In this document: piece after piece, positions 19,514 to 30,018 of the stretch
How the letters are laid out: each line of letters opens with the position of its first letter
Position numbering within the stretch: the first letter of the stretch is position 1
DNA from: an uncultured Chloroflexia bacterium
GTDB lineage: Bacteria; Chloroflexota; Anaerolineae; Anaerolineales; E44-bin32
Direction: 5' to 3'
DNA length: 64,000 nucleotides
Assembly (NCBI GenBank): GCA_963789825.1
Contig: CAWBME010000006.1
Coordinates: 78,612-142,611 of the forward strand
Position numbers and translations under genes: made by a program
Notes under the pieces: model-generated
Told to the model about the DNA's origin: nothing
Seen by the model: only the letters and a program-made list of their open reading frames with translations
The model's database searches: none

Positions 19514-21445
19514 TTAGGGGGTGAGGTCAGTCGTGGGTGGGATCGAGGGAGTGGGGGTCGGCGTGCGCGTCGGAGTGCGGGGAATGGTCGCGGTCCGGCT
19601 AGGTGTTGCCGTCACCCCGGTGGCGGTTGCGCTCAGCGGCGTAGCCGCCGGAGTGCGGGTCCGGGTCGGGGAGGGTAAGGCGCCAGCGGGCTCGGTGGGA
19701 GCGCGCGTCGGCCGTCTTCCGGTGAGCTGGAAGAGGTGGTCCTCGGCCAGTGTGCGCGCTTCGGGCGAGGAGCCCTTCAGGTCGAGAATCCAGTACCAGT
19801 TGACGATGGCGTCCTCCGTCTGTGGGGGAGTGAGACTCTCATACACCAATGCCCGCAGGACGTAGCCTTCGGCAACCCGACGCTCGACCAGCGTCTCGCT
19901 GATCGACAGGTTGATCCACTTGAGCGCCTCGCTGGAGTTCCCGATCAGAGAGTATGCCTTGCCCAGTGCGTAATGGTTGGCGTAACTCTCAACCCCATAG
20001 CGCCGGGCATTGAGCAGATCATCGAGCGCATTCTGTCCTTCCCCGAGCTCCAGATAGGCGTAGGCGCGGGCGAGGTAGGCTAACGCATAGCGCTCTTTGA
20101 GGTCGAGTGAACGATTGGCCATCTCGATCGCCTGCTCGGGTTGGCCGTTCCCGGCCAGCGCCCGGGCGAGATAGGCCCAGCCGCGTGGATCCTCCTGGTT
20201 GTAGGCCACGTAGGTCTCCAGCGGCCACTGGGCGGAGGCGTACTGTTCGAGCTCGGTGTAGGCCCGGCCAACTGCCAGATAGCCCTCCAGCAAGGTGGGG
20301 TCGGCGCCACTCCCCGCCACGGCGCTGTCGAGGGCCTCTTCCAGTCGCTCGCGATTGATCTGCGCCTCGCTCAGCCGGACGTACACCAGCGGCGTTGCCG
20401 CCCCGGCGTCGATCGCCTGCTGCAGGGTATCCTCGACCGTCTTCCACAGCCGCCTGGCGGCAAGATAGTCGGACTTGGCAAGGTAGGCTTCGGTGAGCAG
20501 TGGATCGGCCTTGATTGCCTCGTCAAAGTCGACGGGGGGGCGATCGGGACGAAACTCGAGCATGGTGAGGGCGCGCCCAAGATAGGCCGGGGCGTAGCTG
20601 GAGAGCAGGATGGCGCGGTCGAAGGCGGGGAAGGCCCCGACCAGATCGCCCTGCCGCCGCCTGGTTTCTCCGAGAAGGTAGTGGGCGTCCGGCCAGTCCG
20701 GGTGCTGCTCGACCACGGCCTCCAGGTAATCCTGGCTGGCTTCGAAGTTGCCAGCGATGAAGGCTGTCAGCGCGGACTGATAGGCGGGATTGTCGGGCCT
20801 GGGTGTGGCGCCGAAGACCGGCGTGGGCGTGGGCGTCATTTCCACCAGGAACGCCAGCGGTGTGCCGGCGAGTTCCGTCGGCACAGCGGTACGGTTGACC
20901 AGGGTCGAAGCCGGAATTGGCGTCCACGTCGGCGGGCCGAACTTGGGTGTGCTAGACGGGGTGGGAGTGAGCGTGGCAAGTGCCGAGGCCGGGGCAAGGG
21001 CGCGCGGCCGGAGCAGGGAGGCTAGCGGCACAGCGATCACGCCCACCAGAACCAGCAAGATGCCGCCGACGGCGATCGCCGCCAGGAACCGCCAAGGAAT
21101 GGCAACCCGCCGCCCGCCGCCGCGCTGCGCAGGCGTCTTGGCCGCCGCCATCTTGCGCGGCAGGCGTGCCACCTGCTGGGCCTCCTTGCCTTCGGGCTTG
21201 CGCGCCCCCAGAATCACGAGTCCCCGCAACGCCGCTCGATTTGTCGGGTCGAGGCGCAGCGCCAACTCGAGGCAGTAGATTCGTTCCTTGTTGGTGTCGA
21301 CGACCGAACTGAGCCAGATCCAGTACTCGGCATTGGCCGAGTTGGAACGCACCAGGCGGGTGAACAGCTCCCGCGCCCGAGTGCGGTCTCCGGCTCGTGC
21401 CGCAGCAATGGCCTCGGTGAACATGGACTGCGGCGGCACGGTCAT
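19514..21445 (-). CDS. TPR-repeat protein with central transmembrane helix and Thr/Pro-rich C-terminus
   Basis: 643 aa; TPR-like N-terminus, hydrophobic span FLAAIAVGGILLVLVGVIAV, multiple TPR units, tail RTPTRTPTPTPSIPP. Confidence 0.75.
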   Translation of the reverse strand: MTVPPQSMFTEAIAAARAGDRTRARELFTRLVRSNSANAEYWIWLSSVVDTNKERIYCLELALRLDPTNRAALRGLVILGARKPEGKEAQQVARLPRKMAAAKTPAQRGGGRRVAIPWRFLAAIAVGGILLVLVGVIAVPLASLLRPRALAPASALATLTPTPSSTPKFGPPTWTPIPASTLVNRTAVPTELAGTPLAFLVEMTPTPTPVFGATPRPDNPAYQSALTAFIAGNFEASQDYLEAVVEQHPDWPDAHYLLGETRRRQGDLVGAFPAFDRAILLSSYAPAYLGRALTMLEFRPDRPPVDFDEAIKADPLLTEAYLAKSDYLAARRLWKTVEDTLQQAIDAGAATPLVYVRLSEAQINRERLEEALDSAVAGSGADPTLLEGYLAVGRAYTELEQYASAQWPLETYVAYNQEDPRGWAYLARALAGNGQPEQAIEMANRSLDLKERYALAYLARAYAYLELGEGQNALDDLLNARRYGVESYANHYALGKAYSLIGNSSEALKWINLSISETLVERRVAEGYVLRALVYESLTPPQTEDAIVNWYWILDLKGSSPEARTLAEDHLFQLTGRRPTRAPTEPAGALPSPTRTRTPAATPLSATATGVTATPSRTATIPRTPTRTPTPTPSIPPTTDLTP

Positions 21446-21515
21446 AGGCGGCAGCTAGGTCCCCCCTTCAGCCTGAATAGGATATCGCCAATGAGTGGGC
21501 CGCGCCACCCCACTT

Positions 21516-21524
21516 TGGTATAAT
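21516..21524 (+). promoter_or_regulatory. extended -10 promoter (leaderless configuration) for the LysM gene
   Basis: TGGTATAAT; 9 nt between the -10 hexamer and GTG 21534. Confidence 0.45.
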
Positions 21525-21533
21525 CTCCCGGCG

Positions 21534-22518
21534 GTGACCCGGATACGGCTCGTGGCGGCCTTGGCCGCCGTTCTCTTGCTGCAGGGGGGGTGCGCCCCTG
21601 TCTCCAGCGAGTCGGGGCAGCCGACCGCAACCCTGCGGCCGTTGCGGCTGGCCAGCGCCACGCCGACCCGGGGACAGCACACCCCTACCGTGCGGCCGCT
21701 GCCAACGGCCGGCCCCTCCCCGACCCCGTTCTCCCACATCGTGGGCGCCAATGAGACGTTGCTCAGCATCGCTTCCCGTTATGGCCTGACGCTGGATGCA
21801 CTGCAAGTCGCCAATCCGGGGATCAACCCCCGGCTGCTCAGCATCGGCCAGACGCTGGTGATCCCCGGACCGGAGGGAACGCCGGATCCCTTGGCGGCTG
21901 CGGTTGCAACTCCAGTGCCGCTTGCGCTCTCCGGCGTGCGGTGCTTCCGGCTGGTGACAGGGACGACCACCTGTCTGTTGGCGGCGCGCAGCGCCGCCAC
22001 GCGTCCGCCCGTCGAAGGGATGGTTGCCCTGGTAACGCTGCTGGACGCCTCGGGGAAGACCGGTCGCCACCCGCCCCGCCTATCCAGTGCTCAACCGGAT
22101 CGAGCCCGGCGGCACGCTGGTCCTGGTCGCCGACTTCCCTTCGGATGTCGGGAACTGGACGCAGGCTGAGGCCGGCCTGGACACCGCCTTTGAGGCCGAT
22201 CCGGCTGACGGAAGGTTCATCGATTTGGTCGTCACGCGGGCCACGCAGGATCCTGCCAGCGACCGCGGCAGCTGGCGCGTCACGGGCGAGGCCCGCTTGG
22301 CGGGTGCGCCCGCCAGCGGCGAGGCGCGGGTGACCATTGTGCTGGCCGCCCTGGACAGTGCGGGGGACGTGGTGGGCTACGCCATTTGGGAGCCCGCCAC
22401 CGCGTTTTCGGCGACCGAGGGCACCCCCTTCGACATCACCGTGTATTCCCTGGGGCCGGCGATCGCCGAGACGGTGTTGCTGACCGAGGCCCAAGCTCCC
22501 ATCGCTCAAGCCCCCTAA
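21534..22518 (+). CDS. secreted LysM-domain protein (apparent +1 frameshift near 22059)
   Basis: Signal-like (V)TRIRLVAALAAVLLLQGGC; LysM motif HIVGANETLLSIASRYGLTLDALQVANPGI..GQTLVIP; C-terminal domain continues in the +1 frame. Confidence 0.7.
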
Positions 22519-22622
22519 CTTCCTGCCGGACCGCGGCTGGATCCCAAGGCGGCGTGGGGCCACCGTGCGTGGCCCTGATCCTGCATCAGGCGCAGGTGCC
22601 TGATCGGGGCGAGGGGCGTGGA

Positions 22623-22652
22623 TTGTCCTTGCCTGTGCAGGGAGGGTAGAAT
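22623..22652 (+). promoter_or_regulatory. promoter (leaderless configuration) for the 22661 gene
   Basis: TTGTCC, 18 nt spacer, TAGAAT; 8 nt to ATG 22661. Confidence 0.45.
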
Positions 22653-22660
22653 AGCTGGCC

Positions 22661-23438
22661 ATGGCTGAGGTCAGGCGTATCTCACCCGCCGAGCGTGACT
22701 CGTTGGCGGGGTTGCTGGATCCTCGATCCGTTGCGGATGCGCTCCCCACCTACTACGCACTGACCCACCCCGCCGACCGGGTCACGCTCTACGGCTACTA
22801 TCACGCCCCGACCATTCCCTCCGGCTTCCTGGTCCTGGCGCGGACGGGCTTTGACCTCTTCCGCCCTCTGGCTGTCCCCTTCGTGGCGACGCCGGGAGGG
22901 CTCAGCCGCCTGCTGGCTGCCGGCATTGAAGCGGGGCGCCCGGTCATCCTGACCTTGCCGGTCGAGCAACGGGAGTGGGTACAGGAAGTTGCCGAGTTTG
23001 GCAGCCCGGTTGTGCTCGACCTGCTGCGCGTCGACGGTCGCTCCTACTCCCCCTTGCTCAACGTGCTGGTTGTCGAAGTGACCGCCCCTGGTGGGCTACC
23101 GCGCGTACGAGATCCGCTCGGGGGGCGTTGCCCACGCTGCCGCCGGCTTGAACTGGATCGGGGACCTGTACGCCGAGGTGTATTTGGAGACCAGCCCGGA
23201 GGCGGCCGGCAAACCGTACGGCAAGTCGGTCCTCTCTGCCATCACCGGCAGGCTGCTGGCGGAAGGCAAGGTGGCGCTGCTGCGTCTCGAGGAAGGCAAC
23301 GTCGCCGGCCATGTCGATGCCTACGAAATTGGATTCCGCAGAACAGGTGAGAGGAGCCTGGTTGGACAGGCGATGCTGAAAGACAGCTCTCCCATCCCGA
23401 GGACCGGTCTTGGCGCCGCCAACCTGGGCCTTTCCTGA
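22661..23438 (+). CDS. hypothetical protein with GNAT-like C-terminal half (apparent +1 frameshift near 23095)
   Basis: C-terminal GKPYGKSVLSAITGRLLAEGKVALL...NVAGHVDAYEIGF resembles the acetyl-CoA binding region of GNATs; the 3' end overlaps the GH1 start. Confidence 0.4.
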
Positions 23439-24771
23439 CAACTTCCTTTGGGGAACGGCGACGGCCTCCTACCAGGTGGAGGGGGACAATGCCAACAGCG
23501 ATTGGTGGCATTGGGAGGCGCAGCCCGGCCGCATCCGCGGCGGAGACCGCTCTGGCAAGGCCTGTGATTGGTGGGGCGGCCGCTGGGCGGAGGACCTGGA
23601 TCGGGCAGCCGATGCCGGGCAGAGGGCGCATCGCCTGTCGATCGAGTGGAGCCGGATCGAACCGGAGCCGGGCCGCTGGGATGAAGCGGCGCTGGTCTAC
23701 TATCGCGAAATGCTGCTCGGGGCACGCAGCCGCGGCCTTACCCCTCTCGTCACATTGCATCATTTCACCAATCCCCAGTGGTTGACGGAACGCGGTGGGT
23801 GGCTGAACGCCGATGTCGCCGCCCTCTTCGAGCGCTACGTCGACAAAGTCGTGACTGCACTGGGTGACCTGGCCGATCTGTGGATCACGGTCAACGAGCC
23901 CAATGTGCTGGCCTACTCCGGCTATGCTGCCGGGGACTTCCCACCCGGGCAGCGCAACCTGGGGCACGCCTTCCAGGTGATGGTGAACCTGACCCTGGCG
24001 CACGCCGCAGCTTATCACGCCATCCGTGCCCTCCGCCCGGCGGCACGCATTGGCCTGGCGCACCATGTGCGCGGCATGCAGCCGGCGCGGCGCTCCTGTC
24101 CGCTGGACCACTTGGTGGCTTGGGCCCGCTCCGCAGCCTTCAACGAGGTCTTTGCCCGGGCGGCACAGGACGGGATCGTTCGCCTGCCCGGGAGGCGGGT
24201 GTCGGTCCCGGAGGCCGTCGGGACGCAGGATTTCTTCGGCCTGAACTACTACACCACCGAGGTCGCTCACTTTGACCCTGGCGCCTGGAATGAACTGATG
24301 GCCCGCAGCCAGTTTCCTCCCGGCGCCGAGCTCAGTCCGAATGGGTTTCTGGCGAGTGTCCCGGCTGGCTTGTCGCATGCGTTGCGGTGGGCGCGGCGCT
24401 TCAAGCTGCCGATCATCATCACCGAGAGCGGCACCGAGGATCCTGGCGACGACTTCCGGCTGGGGTACCTGCTCGAACACCTTCACTGCCTGTGGAACGA
24501 GATCGATGACGGCGCTCCAGTCATCGGCTACCTGCATTGGACGCTGGTCGACAACTTCGAGTGGGCCGAAGGGTGGAGCCTGCGCTTCGGCCTGTGGGGG
24601 CTTGACCTCCGCACCCAGCAGCGCACACGCCGGCGCAGCGTTGACCTGTACGAGGAGATCTGCCGCTTGAACAGCCTGACGGCGGACATGCTGGAGCGGT
24701 ACGCCCCGCAGGTGCTCGAACGCGTTCTCGGCCGAGCGGAAATGCACGCCGCATCGAGAGGGCAGGCATGA
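23410..24771 (+). CDS. GH1 beta-glucosidase
   Basis: FLWGTATASYQVEG, acid/base WITVNEPN, nucleophile IIITESGTED, LVDNFEWAEG. Confidence 0.92.
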   Translation: MAPPTWAFPDNFLWGTATASYQVEGDNANSDWWHWEAQPGRIRGGDRSGKACDWWGGRWAEDLDRAADAGQRAHRLSIEWSRIEPEPGRWDEAALVYYREMLLGARSRGLTPLVTLHHFTNPQWLTERGGWLNADVAALFERYVDKVVTALGDLADLWITVNEPNVLAYSGYAAGDFPPGQRNLGHAFQVMVNLTLAHAAAYHAIRALRPAARIGLAHHVRGMQPARRSCPLDHLVAWARSAAFNEVFARAAQDGIVRLPGRRVSVPEAVGTQDFFGLNYYTTEVAHFDPGAWNELMARSQFPPGAELSPNGFLASVPAGLSHALRWARRFKLPIIITESGTEDPGDDFRLGYLLEHLHCLWNEIDDGAPVIGYLHWTLVDNFEWAEGWSLRFGLWGLDLRTQQRTRRRSVDLYEEICRLNSLTADMLERYAPQVLERVLGRAEMHAASRGQA

Positions 24772-25598
24772 ATGCCAGGCAGTGGGTGAGAGGCGCGCTG
24801 GCTGCCTTGACCCTGGGCACTGCAGCGCTCCTGCGCCCGATGCCCGGCGTGCCCGTTGGCGAAGCCGCAAACACCGGGCAATCCGCGCTGCCGTCGAGAA
24901 GCGCCACACGCCGGGAACTGCCCACTGCCGACGTGCCAACCCTGCAGCCCACCCAGACTCCCGTGCCGACCGCGCCCGTCGACGCCGGGCCCCCGTTTCG
25001 CCTACCTTTCGCCGGACCGCCCGGACCCAGCACCTGGCTGCTTACCCAGGCCTACGGCAATACCACCTTCGCCTACCGCGAACGCCTCCGGATCTACGAT
25101 GCCGGCCAGGGCCTGCATTTCGGGATCGATCTTGCCGCGCGCTGCGGAACTCCGGTGCTTGCTATCGGAGACGGCGTGGTCGTCCAGGTTGACAACATCT
25201 ACCATGGGGCTGGACCGCACAACGTGGTGATCAATCATCCGAACGGCTACGCCTCGCTCTATGGGCACTTGTTGGCGCGCTCGCATCTCCTTGAGGGCCA
25301 GACTGTGCGCCAGGGCGACCCGGTTGGCTTGAGCGGCGATCCGGACCTGACCTGTTCCTCGCGGCCTCACCTTCACCTGGAAATCCGCAGCGCTCCCTCG
25401 CATCGCAAGGCCTTCAACCCGATGCTGTTGATCGAGGCGGACTGGGACCGCATCGCGCTGGCCGGCGCTTCCGCGCTCGGCTTCGAGCAGGATCTGGCAG
25501 ACCCTCGGCAGTGGATCACGTGGGCGGACCAACCTGTGGTGATCTTTGGTCAGCCGCTGCTCAACGAGTACGAGTCGGCGTGGCCGCCGGATTGGTGA
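24768..25598 (+). CDS. M23-family metallopeptidase
   Basis: HFGIDLAA..GTPVLAIGDG, YGHL, HLHLEIR motifs; ATGA overlap with the GH1 stop. Confidence 0.85.
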   Translation: MNARQWVRGALAALTLGTAALLRPMPGVPVGEAANTGQSALPSRSATRRELPTADVPTLQPTQTPVPTAPVDAGPPFRLPFAGPPGPSTWLLTQAYGNTTFAYRERLRIYDAGQGLHFGIDLAARCGTPVLAIGDGVVVQVDNIYHGAGPHNVVINHPNGYASLYGHLLARSHLLEGQTVRQGDPVGLSGDPDLTCSSRPHLHLEIRSAPSHRKAFNPMLLIEADWDRIALAGASALGFEQDLADPRQWITWADQPVVIFGQPLLNEYESAWPPDW

Positions 25599-25605
25599 AA
25601 GCAGG

Positions 25606-26712
25606 ATGAGACTGGGCTTCCTACTGATCGCGTGGCTGATGGTGATCGCTGGACCGCTGGCGGGGCCCGCTGCAGCCAGCTTCGACGCCGAGCCCGGCCG
25701 ACCGCAGCCGGCCTCGACACCAAGCCCGCCGCCCGCGGGGAGTCCGAGCGGGGCGCTGCTACTCCCCGTCAGCCCGACCGGAACGCCTCCGCCCGGGGTG
25801 CGCGCACTGGTCCCCGAAGCAGGGTGCTGCACAGGTGTCTTCTGGTCACCGGATTCGGTGTGGGTGGCGTACGTCGCCAGGCCAAAGAGCGCGCGGGCGG
25901 CCGGCATCTACGGCGCGGCGGTGGATGGCACAGGCGTGCGGCGGCTATACTCGCGGGTTGGTTTGCTTTCCCCCGATTGGGCGCTGATGGCCTACCCCGA
26001 CGACGGCAAGACCATCCTGATGAGCACGGCGAGTGGACGCAAGTGGGTGGTGCCTGCCGCAGGCAATGCCGTGCGGTTCTCGCCTTCCAGAGACCGCATC
26101 ATCTGGGAGACAGGCTCGAGCACGTATGCCCATCTCGATCTGCGGCGCCGCGCCATCTGGATGGCGAACGTCGATGGCAGCCGGGCGATCAAAGCGGTGA
26201 CCACGTACGGCGGTGGGTTCATCGGATGGACCGCAGATGAAGCCAATCTGCTGGTCAGCGGCAGGCTGAGCGCCTACGACCCGCGCGGCGTATGGGTCAT
26301 CCCGCTCGACGCCAGCCCTCCCTGGCTGTTGTTCGCGGCTGACCAAATCCACGACCCGTTGCTCTCGCCGGATGGGGCGTGGCTGGCGTTCTACCAGGCC
26401 TTCGGCGCGGATGCCTCGCAGGACGGGCTGTGGATCGTGAAGACCGATGGCAGCCAGCAGCACCACTTGCCCTACTTCGGAGCCTACCGCTGGCGGTCGG
26501 GAGATCAGCTGCTGGTGATTGCCCAGGCGATGGAACCGGACGACCCGGAGCTGCTGCAGGTTGACGCCCCGAGCGGGGAGTCCAGGCGGCTAGCTGCTTT
26601 CGAGCAGGGGGCGTCGATTGCGGCCAATGACTGGCAGCCCTCGCCGGACGGTCGTTGGCTGGCATTTGTCTCGGCGGATGGCGGAGGCCTGATGCTGGCG
26701 CCGCTGCCCTGA
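25606..26712 (+). CDS. secreted TolB-like beta-propeller (PD40 repeat) protein
   Basis: Signal MRLGFLLIAWLMVIAGPLAGPAAA; repeated SPD(G/S)xW(L/V)A(F/Y) units. Confidence 0.7.
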   Translation: MRLGFLLIAWLMVIAGPLAGPAAASFDAEPGRPQPASTPSPPPAGSPSGALLLPVSPTGTPPPGVRALVPEAGCCTGVFWSPDSVWVAYVARPKSARAAGIYGAAVDGTGVRRLYSRVGLLSPDWALMAYPDDGKTILMSTASGRKWVVPAAGNAVRFSPSRDRIIWETGSSTYAHLDLRRRAIWMANVDGSRAIKAVTTYGGGFIGWTADEANLLVSGRLSAYDPRGVWVIPLDASPPWLLFAADQIHDPLLSPDGAWLAFYQAFGADASQDGLWIVKTDGSQQHHLPYFGAYRWRSGDQLLVIAQAMEPDDPELLQVDAPSGESRRLAAFEQGASIAANDWQPSPDGRWLAFVSADGGGLMLAPLP

Positions 26713-26731
26713 CGGCGCGAGACGGTTGGGG

Positions 26732-26740
26732 TGCTATAAT
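26732..26740 (+). promoter_or_regulatory. extended -10 promoter for tRNA-Ser
   Basis: TGCTATAAT, 33 nt upstream of the tRNA 5' end. Confidence 0.4.
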
Positions 26741-26773
26741 CCGTCTGCCCACTGGCAAGACGTTTGCCTGCAT

Positions 26774-26860
26774 GGAGAGGTTGCGTAGTCTGGTCTAACG
26801 CGCGCGCTTGGAGAGCGCGTGAGCCGAAAGGCTCCGTGGGTTCGAATCCCACCCTCTCCG
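26774..26860 (+). tRNA. tRNA-Ser (anticodon GGA)
   Basis: Hand-folded: 7-bp acceptor GGAGAGG/CCTCTCC, anticodon loop TTGGAGA, long variable arm GAGCC-GAAA-GGCTC, T arm GTGGG-TTCGAAT-CCCAC; no encoded CCA. Confidence 0.9.
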
Positions 26861-27006
26861 CCTGAACCCTGGCTGCCCGAAGTGCGGTAGTCACCCTCAG
26901 GACACGACCTATCGGAGATCTCCCCGGCCGATGGGAGTCCTGGACGGTGACCGCCGGACGTGAGGGCGGCCATTCGATTCTGGGCAGTCTCCAGGCTGGG
27001 ATTCCG

Positions 27007-27035
27007 TTGACACCTCCGGCGTCGGGCGGTATCCT
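27007..27035 (+). promoter_or_regulatory. promoter of the SRP RNA gene
   Basis: TTGACA, 17 nt spacer, TATCCT; predicted start ~7 nt downstream coincides with the 5' end of the SRP RNA helix. Confidence 0.55.
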
Positions 27036-27042
27036 CCGCTGC

Positions 27043-27148
27043 GTGCCCGGGCCTCCCGGCGCGGCGGAGCGCATCGAACCCCGTCAGGTCCGAGAGGAAG
27101 CAGCGGTAAGGTGAAGGCTCCGGGTGCCGCCGGTGGCGGCCCGGGCAC
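27043..27148 (+). ncRNA. ffs: small (4.5S-type) signal recognition particle RNA
   Basis: Conserved domain IV core GTCAGGTCCGAGAGGAAGCAGC (cf. E. coli GGUCAGGUCCGGAAGGAAGCAGCC), closed by 11-bp terminal helix GTGCCCGGGCC/GGCCCGGGCAC. Confidence 0.85.
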
Positions 27149-27177
27149 ATCTTGGTGGCGGGCCGGCAGTCCGGCTC

Positions 27178-27186
27178 TGGTATACT
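27178..27186 (+). promoter_or_regulatory. extended -10 promoter (leaderless configuration) for the YabE-like gene
   Basis: TGGTATACT; 9 nt between the -10 hexamer and ATG 27196. Confidence 0.45.
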
Positions 27187-27195
27187 CCGCCCGCC

Positions 27196-28600
27196 ATGCG
27201 CCAGCGATGGACGAGCATGCTGGGACACCTGCGGTCATGGCCGGCCGCCACCGGCATGCTCGCGGCTGCCCTGGGCCTGCTGCTGCTCCTGGGTGCGATG
27301 CAACGCCCATTCACCCTGGTTATCGATGGTGAGCCTCGCACGGCGTGGTCGCACGCCCGCACGGTCGCCGGCGTCGTGCGCAGCGCGGGCATCCGGCTGC
27401 AACTCGAGGACGAGACACTTCCCCACCGCGACGCACGCCTCGAGCCCGGCGACACGATCGTGCTCAGCCGGGCCCATCCGGTGGAGATCCACGCCAAACG
27501 TGGGTCGCAGATCATTGCCAGCCCCAGCCGGATCCCGGCGAATCTCCTGGCCTCAGCAGGGGTAAGCCCTGCTGCCAGGCGATCAGGTCTGGGTGGACGG
27601 ACTGAGGGTCATCGATCCGACTCAGCCTGTCGACTCCCGTGTCAGCCGCGTCCGGCACGTGGCCGCAGTCCCGATTGACTTGCGTCTCGATGGTGTACCG
27701 AGCGGAGCCAACACCGCGGCCGGTTCCCTTGCGCAGGTGCTCGAGGAGACGGGCGGGCGTTGGTACCAGGCCGACGACTTCGATGGGGATCCTTCGGGGA
27801 TCCTTCCGCCCGAAATCGACATCCGGCGCTCGCTTCCCATCACGGTCGAAAGCGATGGCGTTCGGCGGATCCTGCGTGCCATTGGCCCCACAGTCGCAGA
27901 TGCACTGCATCAGGCAGGCGTCGCGCTGCAGGGCCTCGACGTTGCCTCGCCTGCGGCCGAAGATCCGATCCCGCGCGACGGGGGGATCCAGGTCGTACGC
28001 GTACGAGATGAAGTGCTGATCGAGCAGGAGCCCATCCCGTACGAGACCGATTTCGAACCCGATCCCGAGGGACTGATCGACACCCAGACCATCCTTGATG
28101 CGGGCACCTTCGGAATCAAAGCCAATCGTGTGCGGGTCCGCAAAGAGGATGGAGTGGAAGTCGCTCGGCAGGTCGAGGGACAATGGGTCGCGCGCGAACC
28201 GCAGGCGCGAGTGCTTGGGTACGGCACGAAGATCGAGATCAAGACCATCGACACGGAGTACGGACCGCTGCAGTACTACCGTGCGGTTCCAATGTATGCC
28301 ACTTCGTATTCGCCCTGCCGCCTGGGCATCCCCCAGTGCGACAACGTCACGGCCAGCGGGGCGATCCTGAAGAAGGGGATCGCCGCGGTCCTGGTGCGCT
28401 GGTACCGCAACATGGTGGGCAGCCAGGTGTACGTCCCCGGCTACGGCATCGCCACGATTGCCGACACCGGCGGCGGGATCCCGGGCCGCTACTGGATCGA
28501 CCTGGGCTACGAGGATCACGACTACCAGTCGTGGCACGACTGGGTGACGGTGTACTTCCTGGCGCCGGTGCCAGCGAACCCGATGTGGGTGCTCAATTGA
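27196..28600 (+). CDS. YabE-like cell-wall protein (DUF348 repeats, G5, 3D/RlpA-like domain; apparent +1 frameshift near 27565)
   Basis: N-terminal TM, repeated DGEPRT/DGVRR-type DUF348 units, G5-like EQEPIPYETDF..G..RVRKEDG, C-terminal YATSYSPC..TASG...VPGYGIATIADTGG 3D domain. Confidence 0.75.
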
Positions 28601-28612
28601 CCCACAGGGCAG

Positions 28613-30002
28613 TTGCGCACCCGGACTGCCGTCGTGCCAGGTAGCCTGACCAACGCCCGAGAGCGTGTAGTCCAAGCTGCGGGCGGCGCCGTCTCTCGCC
28701 AGGGAGCGCGGGACTGGCTGCTGGCGGCGGCGGACCAGGGTCTGATCAGCCTCTCCAACTTCCTTGCCGGCGTGTATCTGGCGCGGATGCTCGATCCGAC
28801 GCAGTTCGGCGTCTATGCCGTCGGCTTTCTTCTGCTTCACGGCATCGGCGCTGTGCAGGAAGGGATCATCCTGCAGCCGATGAGTACCCTGGGCGCGATG
28901 CTGGGTGCTCCGCGCTTTGGGCGCTATCTGACGGCGACCGGCGTGATCCAGATTCTCCAAGCCTCGGCTTCGGCGCTGGCCGTGGCGGTCGGTGGGTGGA
29001 TCCTCACGCGCTTGGGCAACGACACGGCGGGGCCGGCCCTGTTCGGGCTCTGGTTCGTCTTCCTGGTGTGGCAACCGCAGGAGTACCTGCGCCGGCTGTT
29101 CTACCCGGCGCGCCGCATCCAGGATGCCGTCCTCAACACTGCCGTCGCCTCCGGCCTCAGGCTCGCCGCCCTGGTTTGGTACGGCAGCCGTGGCGAGTTG
29201 ACCGGGATCGCCGGCATGCATGCCATCGCCTGGGGCGCGCTGGCGGCGCTGCCGCTCGGCGTTTGGCAGGCACGCCAGTACTGGCAGCGAACCGCGCTCG
29301 AGCTGCGCGGCACCTGGCGGGAAAACTGGGCGTTCGGTCGATGGGTGTTGGGCGGGCAGCTAGCCGCCTGGGTCTCACTCGAGGTGTATCCGATCCTGGC
29401 GGCGGGGCTGATCAGCTTCGCAGCGGCGGGCGCCTACCGCGCCGTTCAGACGCTTGTCGCCCCGGTGCATGTCGTGATCGCGGCCCTGGATCCGTTCCTC
29501 ACCCCGCGTGCCGTGCGTGGCCGAGGCGCGCCTGGGCCGTGATGCATTGCGGCGGGTGCTGCGCCTGGCCTTCGTCTACCTCGTTGTGCCGGTGCTGGCC
29601 TACTTGCTGCTGGTCACGCTTGCCGCTCCGGCGCTGCTGGATCTGCTCTTCGGTGACAAGTACGTTGCCTACTCGCCGGCGGTGGGGCTCTTCGCCCTGC
29701 AGTACGGCCTGTGGTTCCTATACTTCCCCTTCCAGGTTGGACTGAAGGCCCTGCAGCGCACGCGCCCGATCTTCATCGCGCATGGGCTGGCCATCGTGGC
29801 TATGTTCACGCTGGGGATCGCCATGATCCGGCTGCTAGGGGTATATGGCGCGGTGTTCGGCCAAGTCTTGAATGCGCTGATCGCTTTGATCGTCATCGGC
29901 TTGGCGTGGAGGCGGGAAAGCCGGGCTGCAATTCCCGGGGCTGCCCCGGGGCCGGACGAGGCGCAGACGGGGAGTTTATCCCGGGGCCTAGAAGTTTGCT
30001 GA
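28613..30002 (+). CDS. polysaccharide flippase-like (Wzx/MOP superfamily) membrane protein (apparent +1 frameshift near 29520)
   Basis: About 12 predicted hydrophobic helices; N-terminal LISLSNFLAGVYLARMLDPTQFG typical of oligosaccharide flippases; TTG start uncertain. Confidence 0.6.
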
Positions 30003-30018
30003 AGAGGAAATGCACTTT

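Noticed and set aside
23242-24939. Very long antisense ORFs. Examples: 565 aa at 23242-24939 (-), 569 aa at 27512-29221 (-), 528 aa at 49044-50630 (+), 451 aa at 42506-43861 (-), 452 aa at 52468-53826 (+) and 412 aa at 60140-61378 (-).
   Set aside because: Each lies opposite a gene with clear family motifs and has Arg/Pro/Gly/Ala-dominated, motif-free sequence. This is typical of stop-poor shadow frames in high-GC DNA.
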